Positions 50,371 to 63,070 of a stretch of DNA of 64,000 bases are shown piece by piece. Positions within the stretch are counted from its first letter, which is position 1. Each line of letters starts with the position of its first letter. The stretch comes from Gammaproteobacteria bacterium. Its GTDB lineage: Bacteria; Pseudomonadota; Gammaproteobacteria; Ga0077554; Ga007554. Under the pieces are notes generated by a model, which was not told the origin of the DNA, made no database searches, and saw nothing but the letters and a program-made list of their open reading frames with translations. The stretch spans positions 13,106 through 77,105 of the forward strand of contig JAHFRW010000005.1 in NCBI GenBank assembly GCA_023266055.1, in the 5' to 3' direction. The translations under genes were made by a program, and so were the position numbers.

Positions 50371-51912
50371 ATGCAATTAAGCGCCACAGAAATCAGTGAA
50401 CTGATCAAGAAGCGAATTGAGAAGTTCGAGGTCGTTACCGAAGCCCGTACCGAAGGTACCGTGGTCAGTGTGACCGATGGTATCGTCCGTGTTCACGGTC
50501 TGGCCGATGTCATGCAGGGCGAAATGATTGAGTTTCCCGGCAATACCTACGGTATGGCGCTGAATCTGGAGCGTGATTCGGTGGGCGCGGTGATCCTGGG
50601 TGAGTACGAGCACATCAGCGAAGGTAACAGCGTCAAGTGCACCGGCAAAATTCTGGAAGTGCCCGTCGGTGAAGGTCTGCTCGGTCGCGTGGTTGATTCA
50701 CTGGGTAATCCCATCGACGGCAAAGGCCCCATCAAGGCCAGCGGCATGTCCGCTATTGAAAAAGTGGCGCCCGGCGTAATTAGTCGCCAGTCCGTCAGCC
50801 AGCCGATGCAAACCGGCCTGAAAGCCATTGATGCCATGGTGCCGATCGGTCGTGGGCAGCGTGAGTTGATCATTGGTGATCGCCAGACCGGCAAAACCGC
50901 CGTGGCAATTGACGCCATCATCAGCCAGAAAACCACGGGCGTAAAATGTATCTACGTTGCCATTGGTCAAAAGGCTTCATCCATTGCTGCCGTCGTGCGC
51001 AAGCTCGAAGAGCATGGTGCGCTGGCACACACCATTGTGGTTGCCGCCGCCGCCTCTGACTCGGCTGCCATGCAGTTTATCGCACCTTACGCGGGTTGTG
51101 CGATGGGTGAATTCTTCCGTGATCGTGGTGAAGATGCCTTGATTGTATATGATGATTTGACCAAGCAGGCCTGGGCATACCGTCAGGTATCGTTGCTGTT
51201 GCGTCGTCCGCCGGGCCGTGAAGCGTATCCAGGTGACGTGTTCTATTTGCACTCCCGTTTGCTGGAGCGTGCTGCACGCATCAATGCCGAGCACGTTGAA
51301 AAGATTACCAACGGTGCCGTGAAAGGCAAGACCGGCTCCTTGACGGCGTTGCCGATCATTGAAACCCAGGCGGGTGACGTGTCGGCGTTCGTGCCTACCA
51401 ACGTGATTTCCATTACCGACGGTCAGATCTTTCTTGAAACCGACCTGTTCAACTCCGGTATCCGTCCTGCAATTAACGCGGGCTTGTCGGTGTCGCGTGT
51501 GGGTGGTGCAGCACAAACCAAGATCATCAAAAAGCTCGGTGGCGGTGTGCGTCTGGATTTGGCGCAATACCGTGAGCTGGCGGCCTTTGCCCAGTTTGCT
51601 TCGGATCTGGATGAAACGACGCGTAAGCAGATTGAACGCGGTCAACGTGTCACCGAATTAATGAAGCAGAAGCAATATTCACCCTTAAGCGTGGCCGAAC
51701 AGGCGATTTCGCTGTTCGCGGCCAATGATGGCTTTCTGGATGATGTAGACCGCAAGAAAGTTGTGGAATTTGAACAGGCGCTGCATACCTATGTACGAGC
51801 CAACCACGCGGATCTGTTGGAGCGTATCAACAAGAGCGGTGATTACAATGATGAAATCGCCAATGGTATGCGTGACGCGATCAAGGCATTTAAAGCCAGC
51901 AGCGTCTGGTAA
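50371..51912 (+). CDS. atpA: F0F1 ATP synthase subunit alpha
   Basis: P-loop GDRQTGKTA, 513 aa. Confidence 0.95.
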   Translation: MQLSATEISELIKKRIEKFEVVTEARTEGTVVSVTDGIVRVHGLADVMQGEMIEFPGNTYGMALNLERDSVGAVILGEYEHISEGNSVKCTGKILEVPVGEGLLGRVVDSLGNPIDGKGPIKASGMSAIEKVAPGVISRQSVSQPMQTGLKAIDAMVPIGRGQRELIIGDRQTGKTAVAIDAIISQKTTGVKCIYVAIGQKASSIAAVVRKLEEHGALAHTIVVAAAASDSAAMQFIAPYAGCAMGEFFRDRGEDALIVYDDLTKQAWAYRQVSLLLRRPPGREAYPGDVFYLHSRLLERAARINAEHVEKITNGAVKGKTGSLTALPIIETQAGDVSAFVPTNVISITDGQIFLETDLFNSGIRPAINAGLSVSRVGGAAQTKIIKKLGGGVRLDLAQYRELAAFAQFASDLDETTRKQIERGQRVTELMKQKQYSPLSVAEQAISLFAANDGFLDDVDRKKVVEFEQALHTYVRANHADLLERINKSGDYNDEIANGMRDAIKAFKASSVW

Positions 51913-51927
51913 GACGGGAGCACATCA

Positions 51928-52791
51928 ATGGCCGTAGGCAAAGAAATCCGCACCAAGATCAAAAGCGTCAAAAGCACGCAGAAGATCACGCGCGCGATGG
52001 AAATGGTGGCCGCCAGCAAAATGCGCAAGGCGCAGGAACGCATGGCTGCCGCACGTCCTTATGCCCATAAAATCCGTAACGTGATCAGCCATTTGTCGCA
52101 GGCTCACCCGGAATATAAACACCCTTACCTGCAGCATCGTGAAGTTAGGAAGGGTGTGGGCTTCATCGTCATTTCATCTGATCGCGGCCTGTGCGGTGGA
52201 TTGAACTCCAATATGTTCAAGGCCACCGTGCGTGCCATGCGTGAATGGAATGACAAAGGCGTAAAGATCGAGTTGTGCACCATCGGTGCCAAAGCCAATG
52301 CGTTTTTCAAGCGACTGGGCGGCAATGTGATTGCCCAGACATCGCATTTGGGTGACGGGCCGCAAGTGTCCGAGCTGATCGGTGTGGTCAAGGTCATGCT
52401 GGATGCATACGACCAGGGGCAAATTGATCGTTTGTTCGTGGTATATAATGAATTTGTAAATACCATGACGCAGCGTCCCAATGTGGAACAATTGTTGCCG
52501 ATTCATGGTATAGACGACCCGCAGCTCAAGCATCATTGGGACTACCTCTATGAGCCGGACGCCAAGGATGTGCTTGATGGTTTGCTGATGCGTTATATTG
52601 AATCATTGGTATATCAAGGTGTGGTTGAAAATCTTTCCTCGGAACAGGCGGCACGTATGGTGGCCATGAAGAGTGCTTCTGACAATGCCGGCGACCTGAT
52701 TGGTGATTTGCAATTGGCGTACAACAAGGCGCGTCAAGCGGCAATTACGCAAGAATTGTCAGAGATTGTTGCCGGTGCGGCAGCCGTTTAG
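51928..52791 (+). CDS. atpG: F0F1 ATP synthase subunit gamma
   Basis: [36 protein letters not shown]. Confidence 0.95.
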   Translation: MAVGKEIRTKIKSVKSTQKITRAMEMVAASKMRKAQERMAAARPYAHKIRNVISHLSQAHPEYKHPYLQHREVRKGVGFIVISSDRGLCGGLNSNMFKATVRAMREWNDKGVKIELCTIGAKANAFFKRLGGNVIAQTSHLGDGPQVSELIGVVKVMLDAYDQGQIDRLFVVYNEFVNTMTQRPNVEQLLPIHGIDDPQLKHHWDYLYEPDAKDVLDGLLMRYIESLVYQGVVENLSSEQAARMVAMKSASDNAGDLIGDLQLAYNKARQAAITQELSEIVAGAAAV

Positions 52792-52854
52792 AGATACTTG
52801 CAGGGATAAGAGTACTTATCCATCCCTGTGCCAGGATTTTTATCTTTTGTGTGA

Positions 52855-54243
<1,389 letters not shown>

Positions 54244-54271
54244 TGTTTTTTAGAGCGAGCAGGAGTATATA

Positions 54272-54697
54272 ATGGCTATGACCGTACACGTGGATATCGT
54301 CAGTGCCGAAGAAGAAATCTTCTCCGGCCTGGCGCGCATGGTGTTCGCACCCGGTGTGATGGGCGAGCTGGGAATCATGCCGCGTCATGCACCTTTGCTG
54401 ACCCGTCTCAAGCCGGGTGAAGTACGTGTGCTTAATCTGGAAGGCGAAGAAGAGTCCTTCTATGTTTCCGGTGGTATTCTGGAAATCCAGCCGCACAGCA
54501 TTACTATCCTGAGCGACACAGCGCATCGCGCCAAGGATCTGGACGAAGCGGCCGCGCTGGAAGCCAAGCATCATGCCGAACAGAAGCTGCAGGAGCAAAG
54601 CTCCGAGTTTGATTATGCCCAGGCACAGACCGAGCTTGCCGAGGCGATGGCGCAATTACAGACCATTCAGAAGATGCGCAAGAAATTGGGGCGGTAA
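54272..54697 (+). CDS. atpC: F0F1 ATP synthase subunit epsilon
   Basis: 141 aa: beta-sandwich plus C-terminal helical hairpin. Confidence 0.9.
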   Translation: MAMTVHVDIVSAEEEIFSGLARMVFAPGVMGELGIMPRHAPLLTRLKPGEVRVLNLEGEEESFYVSGGILEIQPHSITILSDTAHRAKDLDEAAALEAKHHAEQKLQEQSSEFDYAQAQTELAEAMAQLQTIQKMRKKLGR

Positions 54698-54788
54698 TGT
54701 CTTATGTGCTGTACAGGGAAGAGCACCCGCGATGGGTTCTGCAAAAGCAGTTGTCCTGCTGACGTGCGATTTGAAAGATAGAAAGCAA

Positions 54789-54817
54789 GGCCGTCTTATG
54801 ACGGCCTTTTGCATTTG
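54789..54817 (+). terminator. rho-independent terminator after the atp operon
   Basis: GGCCGTCttatGACGGCC followed by TTTTGCATTT. Confidence 0.65.
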
Positions 54818-54835
54818 ACGCGATAGGTTATTGTT

Positions 54836-56257
54836 ATGAGTCTTGATGTCATTATTCTTGCTGCGGGCGCGGGTACGCGCATGCGTTCGGCATTGCCCAA
54901 GGTGTTGCATGGAGTGGGCGCCAAGCCCATGCTGGAGCATGTTGTCGATACGGCGCGGCAATTGAATGCGCGACATATTCAGGTAGTGTATGGGCATGGC
55001 GGTGTTGCAGTGCGAACCGTTTTGGCGCATCTGGACGTGATGTGGACAGAGCAGGGACAGCAGTTGGGTACGGGTCATGCCGTGGCGGCAGCACTGGGTG
55101 TTTCGCCACTCGCGCCTCTCAACCCTGGATTACCTCCTGTTAACGCGCATGATACTGTGCTGGTGTTATACGGTGACGTGCCGTTGATCGGCGCAGAGAC
55201 CTTGCAACGGGTCATCAGTGCCGCGCAGGATAATAGTCTGGGATTGCTGACGGTCGTGCTGGATAATCCACGGGGCTATGGCCGGATTTTACGCGATGCG
55301 CACAATAACGTGACGCGTATCGTTGAAGAAAAAGATGCCACTGACGAGCAGCGACAGGTGCGTGAAATCAATACCGGCATCCTGGCGGCGAGTAGTGAAA
55401 AGCTGCAAAAGTGGCTGGCGGTGCTCGACAACAACAATGCTCAAGGTGAATATTATCTTACCGATATTATTGCCATGGCGGTGCGTGATGGTGTGAAAGT
55501 GGTGCCGGTTGAGCCTGACTCAATAACGGAAACGCTGGGAGTTAATAACCGCATGCAACTTGCAGAAGCTGAGCGCTACTATCAGCGCACGCAAGCCGAG
55601 CGACTCATGTTGCAAGGCGCCACATTGCGTGATCCGGCGCGCATTGATGTACGGGGTGAAGTCAGTGTCGGTACAGATATCACGGTAGATGTAAATGTTA
55701 TTTTTGAAGGCAAGGTTGTGTTGGGCAATGGTGTGCGTGTTGGTGCAAACACGGTAATCCGCAACACCATCATTGGTGACCATGCTGAGATACTTGAAAA
55801 TTGCGTGATTGAAGATGCGGTCATTGGCCGGCATAGCCGCATTGGTCCCTTTGCACGGATTCGCCCTGAAACAGTTCTCGCTGATAACGTACACATTGGA
55901 AACTTTGTTGAAATCAAAAAAACGCGAGTTGATCAAGGTTCCAAAATCAATCACCTGAGTTATGTCGGTGATGCTACGGTGGGTCGTAACGTCAATATAG
56001 GCGCAGGCACCATCACCTGCAACTATGATGGCGCGAACAAATACCAGACCGTGATTGGCGACAATGTTTTTGTAGGTTCCGATTCACAGTTGGTAGCACC
56101 GGTTACGATTGGCGAAGGTGCCACCATCGGCGCCGGATCGACGATTACGCGTAATGCGCCACCGGGGGAATTAACCTTGAGTCGCACGCCGCAGCAAAGT
56201 AAAGCCGGGTGGAAGCGGCCAGCGAAGAAAAAGGATTCAGGCATCTCCAGCGGTTAA
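54836..56257 (+). CDS. glmU: bifunctional UDP-GlcNAc pyrophosphorylase/GlcN-1-P N-acetyltransferase
   Basis: MSLDVIILAAGAGTRMRS and C-terminal left-handed beta-helix hexapeptide repeats. Confidence 0.93.
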   Translation: MSLDVIILAAGAGTRMRSALPKVLHGVGAKPMLEHVVDTARQLNARHIQVVYGHGGVAVRTVLAHLDVMWTEQGQQLGTGHAVAAALGVSPLAPLNPGLPPVNAHDTVLVLYGDVPLIGAETLQRVISAAQDNSLGLLTVVLDNPRGYGRILRDAHNNVTRIVEEKDATDEQRQVREINTGILAASSEKLQKWLAVLDNNNAQGEYYLTDIIAMAVRDGVKVVPVEPDSITETLGVNNRMQLAEAERYYQRTQAERLMLQGATLRDPARIDVRGEVSVGTDITVDVNVIFEGKVVLGNGVRVGANTVIRNTIIGDHAEILENCVIEDAVIGRHSRIGPFARIRPETVLADNVHIGNFVEIKKTRVDQGSKINHLSYVGDATVGRNVNIGAGTITCNYDGANKYQTVIGDNVFVGSDSQLVAPVTIGEGATIGAGSTITRNAPPGELTLSRTPQQSKAGWKRPAKKKDSGISSG

Positions 56258-56387
56258 GTTTTAAATGAATGGTTATTTCGAGCGGTAGCAGGAAACCGGT
56301 TGCCGCCGATTTCATCGCTACTTGCAAGATAAAATATTTTTCCCTCTGATCGAAACCACAGAGGGCGAATGTTCAGGAGAGTTTGGT

Positions 56388-58214
56388 ATGTGTGGAATTG
56401 TAGGCGCGATTGCGCAGCGTAATGTTGTTCCGCTATTGATTGAAGGCTTGGGCCGTCTGGAATATCGCGGTTATGATTCCGCAGGGGTGGCGGTGCTTGA
56501 TGGCATCATCCGGCGGGTACGTGCTGTGGGGCGTGTCGCGGGCATGCAAACCAAGGCCGCGCAGGAGAACTTGCAAGGGCAGGTGGGTATCGGCCATACC
56601 CGCTGGGCAACCCATGGCGGAGTGACCGAGCACAATGCGCACCCGCATATTTCCCATGACGAGATTGCGGTGGTGCATAACGGCATCATTGAAAATCATG
56701 ATGAGCATCGCGCACATCTCCAGTCGCTGGGCTACGTGTTCGAATCACAGACCGATACGGAAGTTATCGCACATCTGGTGCACCATCATTATAGCGAATG
56801 CGGTGATTTGCTGATTTCCCTGCAGCGTGCCGTTGTTGAATTGGTGGGTGCCTATGCCATCGGTGTTGTTGCACTTAAGTCACCTGACATCATGGTATGC
56901 GCACGCATGGGCTGCCCGTTGCTGGTGGGGTTGGGTGACGGTGAAAATTTCATTGCCTCGGATGTATCAGCGGTGCTTGCAAGCACGCGTCGTGTGATTT
57001 ACCTGGAGGATGGTGATGTTGCCGCGCTTACGCGTGAACAGGTAACAATTTTCGACAAGGCCGGCCATCGCATTGAACGGCCTGTGCATGTCAGTGACGT
57101 TTCACTGGCCTCCATGGAGTTGGGTCCTTATAGCCATTTCATGCAGAAAGAAGTTTACGAGCAACCGCTGGCGCTTACGGATACTATTGAACCCGTTATC
57201 AGTGAAGATTTTAATCCTGCATTATTTGGTGATAATGCTGAAGCCATTTTCAGGGACATCAACAGTATTTTGATACTGGCGGCGGGCACTAGCTACTACG
57301 CCGGACTGACCGCCAAATACTGGCTGGAATCCATCGCGAAAATACCGGTATCGGTAGAAATCGCCAGTGAATACCGTTACCGCGAATCGGTACCGAATCC
57401 CCGGCAGATGATCATTACCCTGTCGCAGTCGGGTGAAACGCTGGACACCATGGAGGCATTGAAGCACGCCAAATCCTTGGGTCAGCCCTATACCCTGTCG
57501 ATTTGCAATGTGATGGAAAGTGCCATTCCACGCGCATCGAGCCTGGTGTTTTATACCCGTGCCGGTGCCGAAATTGGCGTGGCGTCTACCAAAGCCTTCA
57601 CTACGCAACTTGCAGCGTTATTTGCGCTGGCAGTAACGCTGGCCAAGCTGCGCGGCTTACTGACGTCCGAGAAAGATATCGAATATCGTGATTCATTGCG
57701 TCATCTGCCCGGCAGCGTACAGCATGCACTGAATCTGGAGCCGCAAATTGCCGAATGGGCCAAAGCCTTTGCCTCCAGGCATCACGCGCTGTTTCTTGGG
57801 CGCGGCATACATTACCCTATCGCACTGGAAGGCGCATTAAAGCTCAAGGAAATTTCATACATCCACGCCGAAGCCTACCCGGCCGGTGAGCTAAAGCATG
57901 GGCCATTGGCGCTGGTAGACAGTGATATGCCGGTGGTTGTCATTGCACCTAAAGATGCGTTGCTCGAAAAAGTAAAATCCAACATGCAGGAAGTCCGTGC
58001 GCGCGGTGGCGAGCTGTTTGTGTTCGCCGATCTGGATAGCCATTTTTCCGAAAGTGAGGGCGTTCGTGTTATTCGTACGCCACGCCATGTCGGCGTACTG
58101 TCACCGATTGTGCATGCCATACCCGTGCAATTACTGGCTTACCATGCCGCCTTGCAAAAAGGCACCGATGTGGACAAGCCGCGTAATCTTGCAAAGTCGG
58201 TGACGGTAGAATAA
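56388..58214 (+). CDS. glmS: glutamine--fructose-6-phosphate aminotransferase
   Basis: MCGIVGAI N-terminal nucleophile Cys2 and two SIS domains. RBS caggagag. The track start at 56322 is too early. Confidence 0.93.
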   Translation: MCGIVGAIAQRNVVPLLIEGLGRLEYRGYDSAGVAVLDGIIRRVRAVGRVAGMQTKAAQENLQGQVGIGHTRWATHGGVTEHNAHPHISHDEIAVVHNGIIENHDEHRAHLQSLGYVFESQTDTEVIAHLVHHHYSECGDLLISLQRAVVELVGAYAIGVVALKSPDIMVCARMGCPLLVGLGDGENFIASDVSAVLASTRRVIYLEDGDVAALTREQVTIFDKAGHRIERPVHVSDVSLASMELGPYSHFMQKEVYEQPLALTDTIEPVISEDFNPALFGDNAEAIFRDINSILILAAGTSYYAGLTAKYWLESIAKIPVSVEIASEYRYRESVPNPRQMIITLSQSGETLDTMEALKHAKSLGQPYTLSICNVMESAIPRASSLVFYTRAGAEIGVASTKAFTTQLAALFALAVTLAKLRGLLTSEKDIEYRDSLRHLPGSVQHALNLEPQIAEWAKAFASRHHALFLGRGIHYPIALEGALKLKEISYIHAEAYPAGELKHGPLALVDSDMPVVVIAPKDALLEKVKSNMQEVRARGGELFVFADLDSHFSESEGVRVIRTPRHVGVLSPIVHAIPVQLLAYHAALQKGTDVDKPRNLAKSVTVE

Positions 58215-58513
58215 CGTATAAGCCAGCTTTCAGAGAAATGATGGATTCTGTTTGTTGTGCGGGCAGCGTCTATTATTCGTATTATGAATCTACAGGGAGT
58301 TGTAATCATAGTACAAAATGCTCATTTTCCGCGTCTTGATATTGTCCATAATGCCAGGCAGCGAATGTGTACCGCTGTGAGGAATGACGACACTATCTAG
58401 GTGCAGCTACCGTTTTTAGGGTAAACTACAATAACCCCATTAATGCATAACACCCAGAAAATTCTTCAGCTTATGTTGTAAATGCCTGATCCACGAAGTG
58501 CCTGATAATCCCT

Positions 58514-60778
58514 ATGACAAAATCAAGTGCTTTTTTCGCTACCGCCCCCAAAGGTATGGAGACATTGCTCGCTGATGAATTGCGAGCATTGGGTGCGTCA
58601 GCCGTTGCGGAATCTCGGGCGGGCGTCTCGTTTGAGGGATCGCTGACACTGGCATATCGTGTGTGCCTGTGGTCGCGCATCGCCAATCGCGTATTATTGC
58701 CGTTGGCCACATTTGCGGCGCCTACCCCCGAAGATCTCTATAATGGTGTGCGTACCATTCACTGGAACGAACATCTGGGGGTTGAAAATACGCTGGCGGT
58801 GGATTTCAGTGCATCAAATTCACAGATTACGCATACCCATTTTGGCGCGTTGAAGGTGAAGGATGCGATTGTTGATCAATTCCGTGATGCTACAGGCGAG
58901 CGGCCTTCAGTGGCGCGAGAATGCCCAGATGTGCGTATTAATCTTTATTTGTTGCGTGATGTGGCGACGATCAGTATTGATCTGGCGGGTGAGAGCCTGC
59001 ATCGCCGTGGTTACCGTGCGCTGGGTGTGGAGGCGCCGCTCAAGGAAAATCTTGCGGCAGCAATATTGTTGCGTGCTGGTTGGAGTGATATTGCGCGTGC
59101 CGGCGGCGCGTTGCTGGATCCCATGTGTGGTTCGGGCACGTTGCCGATAGAGGCTGCCTTGATTGCGGCGGATATTGCGCCCGGCTTGTTACGCACCTAT
59201 TACGGTTTCCTTCATTGGCGGCAACACGATGCTGCCGCGTGGGCGACATTAATGGTGGAGGCCACGCAACGTAAAGAGGCAGGCATGGCGCATTTGCCAT
59301 CTATTGTCGGTTATGACGCTGACCCGGCGGCGGTACGGCTGGCGTTGGCCAACGTCGAGGCGGCAGGTTTGCATGGCCACATTCATATCGAGCGCCGTGA
59401 GCTTGCGCATGTCGAGGCATTGCGTTCCACGGCGCCGGGTCTGGTGGCCGTTAACCCGCCTTATGGCGAGCGTTTGGGAGAAGTCACAGAGCTGCAACAT
59501 TTGTATAAGGCATTGGGTGACAAGCTCAAGGAATATTTTGTGGGCTGGAAGGCCGTGGTGATTACGGGTAATGTTGGCCTTGGCAAGAGCATTGGTATAC
59601 GCGCACGACGTATGCATACTTTATATAACGGTGCGATTGAATGTAAATTGCTGAGTTTTGAGGTCGATCCGCAATGGTATATGGGGCATCATGCAAGGAA
59701 TATAGCTGCTGCCGTCGTGGTGAAAGATGATCGGGTGCCGGATGAACAATCTCCGCTGCCTTCTATGCCGTCAGCGAAGCTGGAAGCATTGAGCACCACC
59801 ATCGAGTCATCAAATGCCTCGGTGGAGATACTAAACCCCGGTGCAGAAATGTTTGCTAATCGCCTGCGCAAAAATTTGAAGACGCTGGGGAAATGGGCGC
59901 AACGTGAGGGTGTATATTGTTATCGCGTCTACGATGCTGATTTGCCGGAATATGCGCTGGCGGTTGATATTTATGAGCAATGGGTGCATGTGCAGGAATA
60001 TCAGGCGCCCAGAACGATAGATCCTGCCAAGGCCGTTGCGCGCTTGCATGAGGCAATGGCGGTGTTGCCGCAAGTGCTGGGTGTTGCCAGGGAGCGCATT
60101 TTTCTCAAGGTGCGTCGTCAGCAAAAAGGCAAGGCGCAATATGAAAAGCAGGATGCATTGGGCGCATTGCATGAGGTTCGGGAAGGTGGCTGTAAATTTC
60201 TGGTCAATTTTACCGACTATCTCGATACAGGCCTGTTTCTTGATCACCGTCCGACGCGTGCGCTTATTCAGCAGCTTGCGAAAGGCCGGCGCGTTCTTAA
60301 CTTATTTGCATATACAGGGGCTGCGACAGTGCATGCTGTTGTAGGTGGTGCATCGGCAACAACTACCGTGGATATGTCAGCAACTTATCTTGCATGGGCG
60401 CGCCGCAATCTGGCGTTGAATGGCTTCAGTGATCGCAGACACGAATTCATTCAGACCGATTGTTTGGTGTGGCTGGACGAGGAAAAGCAACGTCGTTTTG
60501 ATTTGATTTTTCTTGACCCGCCCACGTTTTCTAATTCCAAGCGCATGGAGTATACGTTGGACATTCAGCGTGATCATGTCGCGCTGATTCAATCGGCAAT
60601 CAAATTACTGGACCGTGGTGGCGTGTTGTTGTTTTCGAATAATTACCGTAATTTTAAAATCGATGGTGCTGCATTGTCGGGATTGGTGCTGGAAGATATA
60701 TCGCGCGCGACCTTGCCCAGGGATTTTGAACGTAATCCGAAAATTCATAACTGCTGGAAAATTATGCGCGCCGAATAG
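58514..60778 (+). CDS. rlmL: bifunctional 23S rRNA m2G2445/m7G2069 methyltransferase RlmKL
   Basis: 754 aa: THUMP-like N-terminus, two SAM-MTase domains (VNPPYGERLG; LFAYTGAATVHAVVGGA). Confidence 0.85.
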   Translation: MTKSSAFFATAPKGMETLLADELRALGASAVAESRAGVSFEGSLTLAYRVCLWSRIANRVLLPLATFAAPTPEDLYNGVRTIHWNEHLGVENTLAVDFSASNSQITHTHFGALKVKDAIVDQFRDATGERPSVARECPDVRINLYLLRDVATISIDLAGESLHRRGYRALGVEAPLKENLAAAILLRAGWSDIARAGGALLDPMCGSGTLPIEAALIAADIAPGLLRTYYGFLHWRQHDAAAWATLMVEATQRKEAGMAHLPSIVGYDADPAAVRLALANVEAAGLHGHIHIERRELAHVEALRSTAPGLVAVNPPYGERLGEVTELQHLYKALGDKLKEYFVGWKAVVITGNVGLGKSIGIRARRMHTLYNGAIECKLLSFEVDPQWYMGHHARNIAAAVVVKDDRVPDEQSPLPSMPSAKLEALSTTIESSNASVEILNPGAEMFANRLRKNLKTLGKWAQREGVYCYRVYDADLPEYALAVDIYEQWVHVQEYQAPRTIDPAKAVARLHEAMAVLPQVLGVARERIFLKVRRQQKGKAQYEKQDALGALHEVREGGCKFLVNFTDYLDTGLFLDHRPTRALIQQLAKGRRVLNLFAYTGAATVHAVVGGASATTTVDMSATYLAWARRNLALNGFSDRRHEFIQTDCLVWLDEEKQRRFDLIFLDPPTFSNSKRMEYTLDIQRDHVALIQSAIKLLDRGGVLLFSNNYRNFKIDGAALSGLVLEDISRATLPRDFERNPKIHNCWKIMRAE

Positions 60779-60937
60779 GGCCGTGAAGATTTGCATGTGC
60801 GTGCATTCTGCTCCAGTCATGCATGACGGCGTGGTGTTTGAAAAAGTAGCAATTTGGCGTCGCCCACATGCTTGACTATTGTCGCGTAACCGGTTCAATA
60901 TGGAATCCTTGTGTTGCATTGCAGACAGGGAGGTCAT

Positions 60938-62650
60938 ATGGCTGGCGCACCTACTACCGTCAAAGATCTGGACTTTTCTGTTTCTTCGCCGTTGTACCCG
61001 TCACCCCTGGACTGGCGGGATCAGTTCATCTATTTTCTGCTGGTAGACCGTTTTGATAATAATACAGCCGCCATTCCGGCGTATTCTCCGGACAGCACCG
61101 CCACGGGACGGGATGCCGGCCAAGGTGCCATTTTTCAGGGCGGCAATCTGCAAGGCATTATCCGGCGCCTGGATTACATTCAGGGCTTGGGTTGCAATAC
61201 GTTATGGTTGAGTCCGATCTTCAAAAATCGCCAGGATCAGACAGATAGCTACCATGGCTATGGCATCCAGAATTTCCTCGATATTGATCCTCGTTTTGGC
61301 ACATTGGACGATTTACGCGAACTGGTCGCCAAAGCGCATGCGCATGGCATGTATGTGATTCAGGATATCATTTTGAACCACACGGGTGATGTATGGCGTT
61401 ATCCGGAGGGGCATCGCTATTTTTATTTTGAAGGCCAGCGTTTTGATTTTGGTGTATGGCGTGAAGCGGATGTTACACCAGATTTGCAATCTGACGATGG
61501 TGTCTGGCCAGTTGAATTACAGCGCGCAGATAATTTCAAGCGTATGGGAGAGATTCGTGACTGGAATAATCTTCAGGAGGCGCGCGACGGGGATTTTCTC
61601 AGCCTGAAAGAACTTGATCTGGCGCGCCCGCACGTGCTGGATACGCTGATCAAGGCATATAAATACTGGATCAGAAATGTTGACATTGATGGTTTTCGTA
61701 TTGATACCGTCAAGCATATGGAAGTGTCTGCCACCGCAGTTTTTTGCAATGCCATCCGCGAATATGCCCAGCGTGTGGGTAAGCACAATTTCTTTCTGTT
61801 TGGTGAGATCGTGGCGGACGATGCACTTATCCAGCAATATATTGGGCGTAACAGCCGTATCGAAAACAGTAACGAACGTTTTCCATCGCTTGATGCGGCG
61901 CTGGATTTTCCGCTGTATTTTGTGCTTGAAGAAACCATCAAAGGCGATCTCAATCCCGCAGTCCTGCGTCATCGCTATGATGCCTTCCGTGATTACTATG
62001 CTGATCATGGTGCGGCAGGGCGTTATTTTGTTACGTTTGTTGACAACCACGATCAAATGTCGCGACCGTATCGACGCTTTCTACATCACAGCGCGAATCC
62101 GTTACAGGCGATATTGGCTATCGGCTATCTGCTTACCAGCCAGGGTGTGCCCTGTATCTATTACGGCACCGAGCAGGGTTTTGACGGCGGTGGTGACAAC
62201 GACCGCTACGTGCGTGAGTGCATGTTTGGGGGGCGGTGGGGTGCCTTTAATACTACCGGCGTACATTTTTTTGATCCCGCGCATCCTCTGTATCAGGGAA
62301 TACGTGCCATTGCGCGGCTGCGCCAGCAGCAGCCTGCGCTACGTTACGGGCGACAATATTTCCGTGAAATATCAGGCAATGGTACAGATTTCGGTTTCCC
62401 GCTGGATGGGCATTGTACGCTCGCCTATTCCCGCATACTTGATAGCGAGGAAGTGCTGGTGGTATTGAATCTCGACAGCCAGCCGCGTGCCGACCATATT
62501 ACCGTGGATCGTAACCTTAGCGCGCCCGGACAGCAGATGCTCCATCTGCTGTCATCCGGAGGCCGTCTGCAAGTGCGTGAGAGTGGTGGCCGGGCCTGTG
62601 TGCAGGTGGCTTTACCGGCGTATGGCCTGGCGATACTCGCCTGTGGTTAA
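60938..62650 (+). CDS. GH13 alpha-amylase family glycoside hydrolase
   Basis: GH13 regions: DIILNHTG, GFRIDTVKHM, FGEIV, FVDNHDQ. RBS ggagg precedes the ATG at 60938. Confidence 0.8.
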   Translation: MAGAPTTVKDLDFSVSSPLYPSPLDWRDQFIYFLLVDRFDNNTAAIPAYSPDSTATGRDAGQGAIFQGGNLQGIIRRLDYIQGLGCNTLWLSPIFKNRQDQTDSYHGYGIQNFLDIDPRFGTLDDLRELVAKAHAHGMYVIQDIILNHTGDVWRYPEGHRYFYFEGQRFDFGVWREADVTPDLQSDDGVWPVELQRADNFKRMGEIRDWNNLQEARDGDFLSLKELDLARPHVLDTLIKAYKYWIRNVDIDGFRIDTVKHMEVSATAVFCNAIREYAQRVGKHNFFLFGEIVADDALIQQYIGRNSRIENSNERFPSLDAALDFPLYFVLEETIKGDLNPAVLRHRYDAFRDYYADHGAAGRYFVTFVDNHDQMSRPYRRFLHHSANPLQAILAIGYLLTSQGVPCIYYGTEQGFDGGGDNDRYVRECMFGGRWGAFNTTGVHFFDPAHPLYQGIRAIARLRQQQPALRYGRQYFREISGNGTDFGFPLDGHCTLAYSRILDSEEVLVVLNLDSQPRADHITVDRNLSAPGQQMLHLLSSGGRLQVRESGGRACVQVALPAYGLAILACG

Positions 62651-63018
62651 CCCCGTTGAGTGCTGAGCCGCAAGTGCTGCCAGTGACGAATGTGGCTTGA
62701 GTTTTTTGGGGTTTGCTTTCTTCGGTAGGCTTGTCCATGATATTTATAGCCTTCGTCACGCCGGGCGCCCCCTGATTGCGCATAATTAAAGCGATCCGCC
62801 ATTGTTTTTCTCACCGGATTACGCCAAAATTCTGTTTGCTTTGGCGTAGTTTTTGCGTATCATCAAGTACCTAAATAAGGCGCTGGTACTTGATATTTAA
62901 GAAAAACCCCTTATTAACAAAGGTGGTATCATGTTCTGCTAATCAGTAGAGCGATGCGCTGTGCGCGCCGCTATAGTGTGGTAGCTGAGATATATCACAC
63001 AATAACCATATATTTTTT

Positions 63019-63027
63019 ATGGTATAA
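63019..63027 (+). promoter_or_regulatory. extended -10 promoter element TGGTATAAT upstream of the desaturase gene
   Basis: Seen directly. About 40 bp upstream of the ATG at 63071. Confidence 0.4.
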
Positions 63028-63070
63028 TGGCGTTATTATTATTGCTGCACTTCGTGCAAAGAGAGAATAA

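Noticed and set aside
50377-51645. Several minus-strand ORFs (78-222 aa) across atpA, plus similar ones across atpD and glmU
   Set aside because: They are antisense to unmistakable ATP synthase and GlmU frames.
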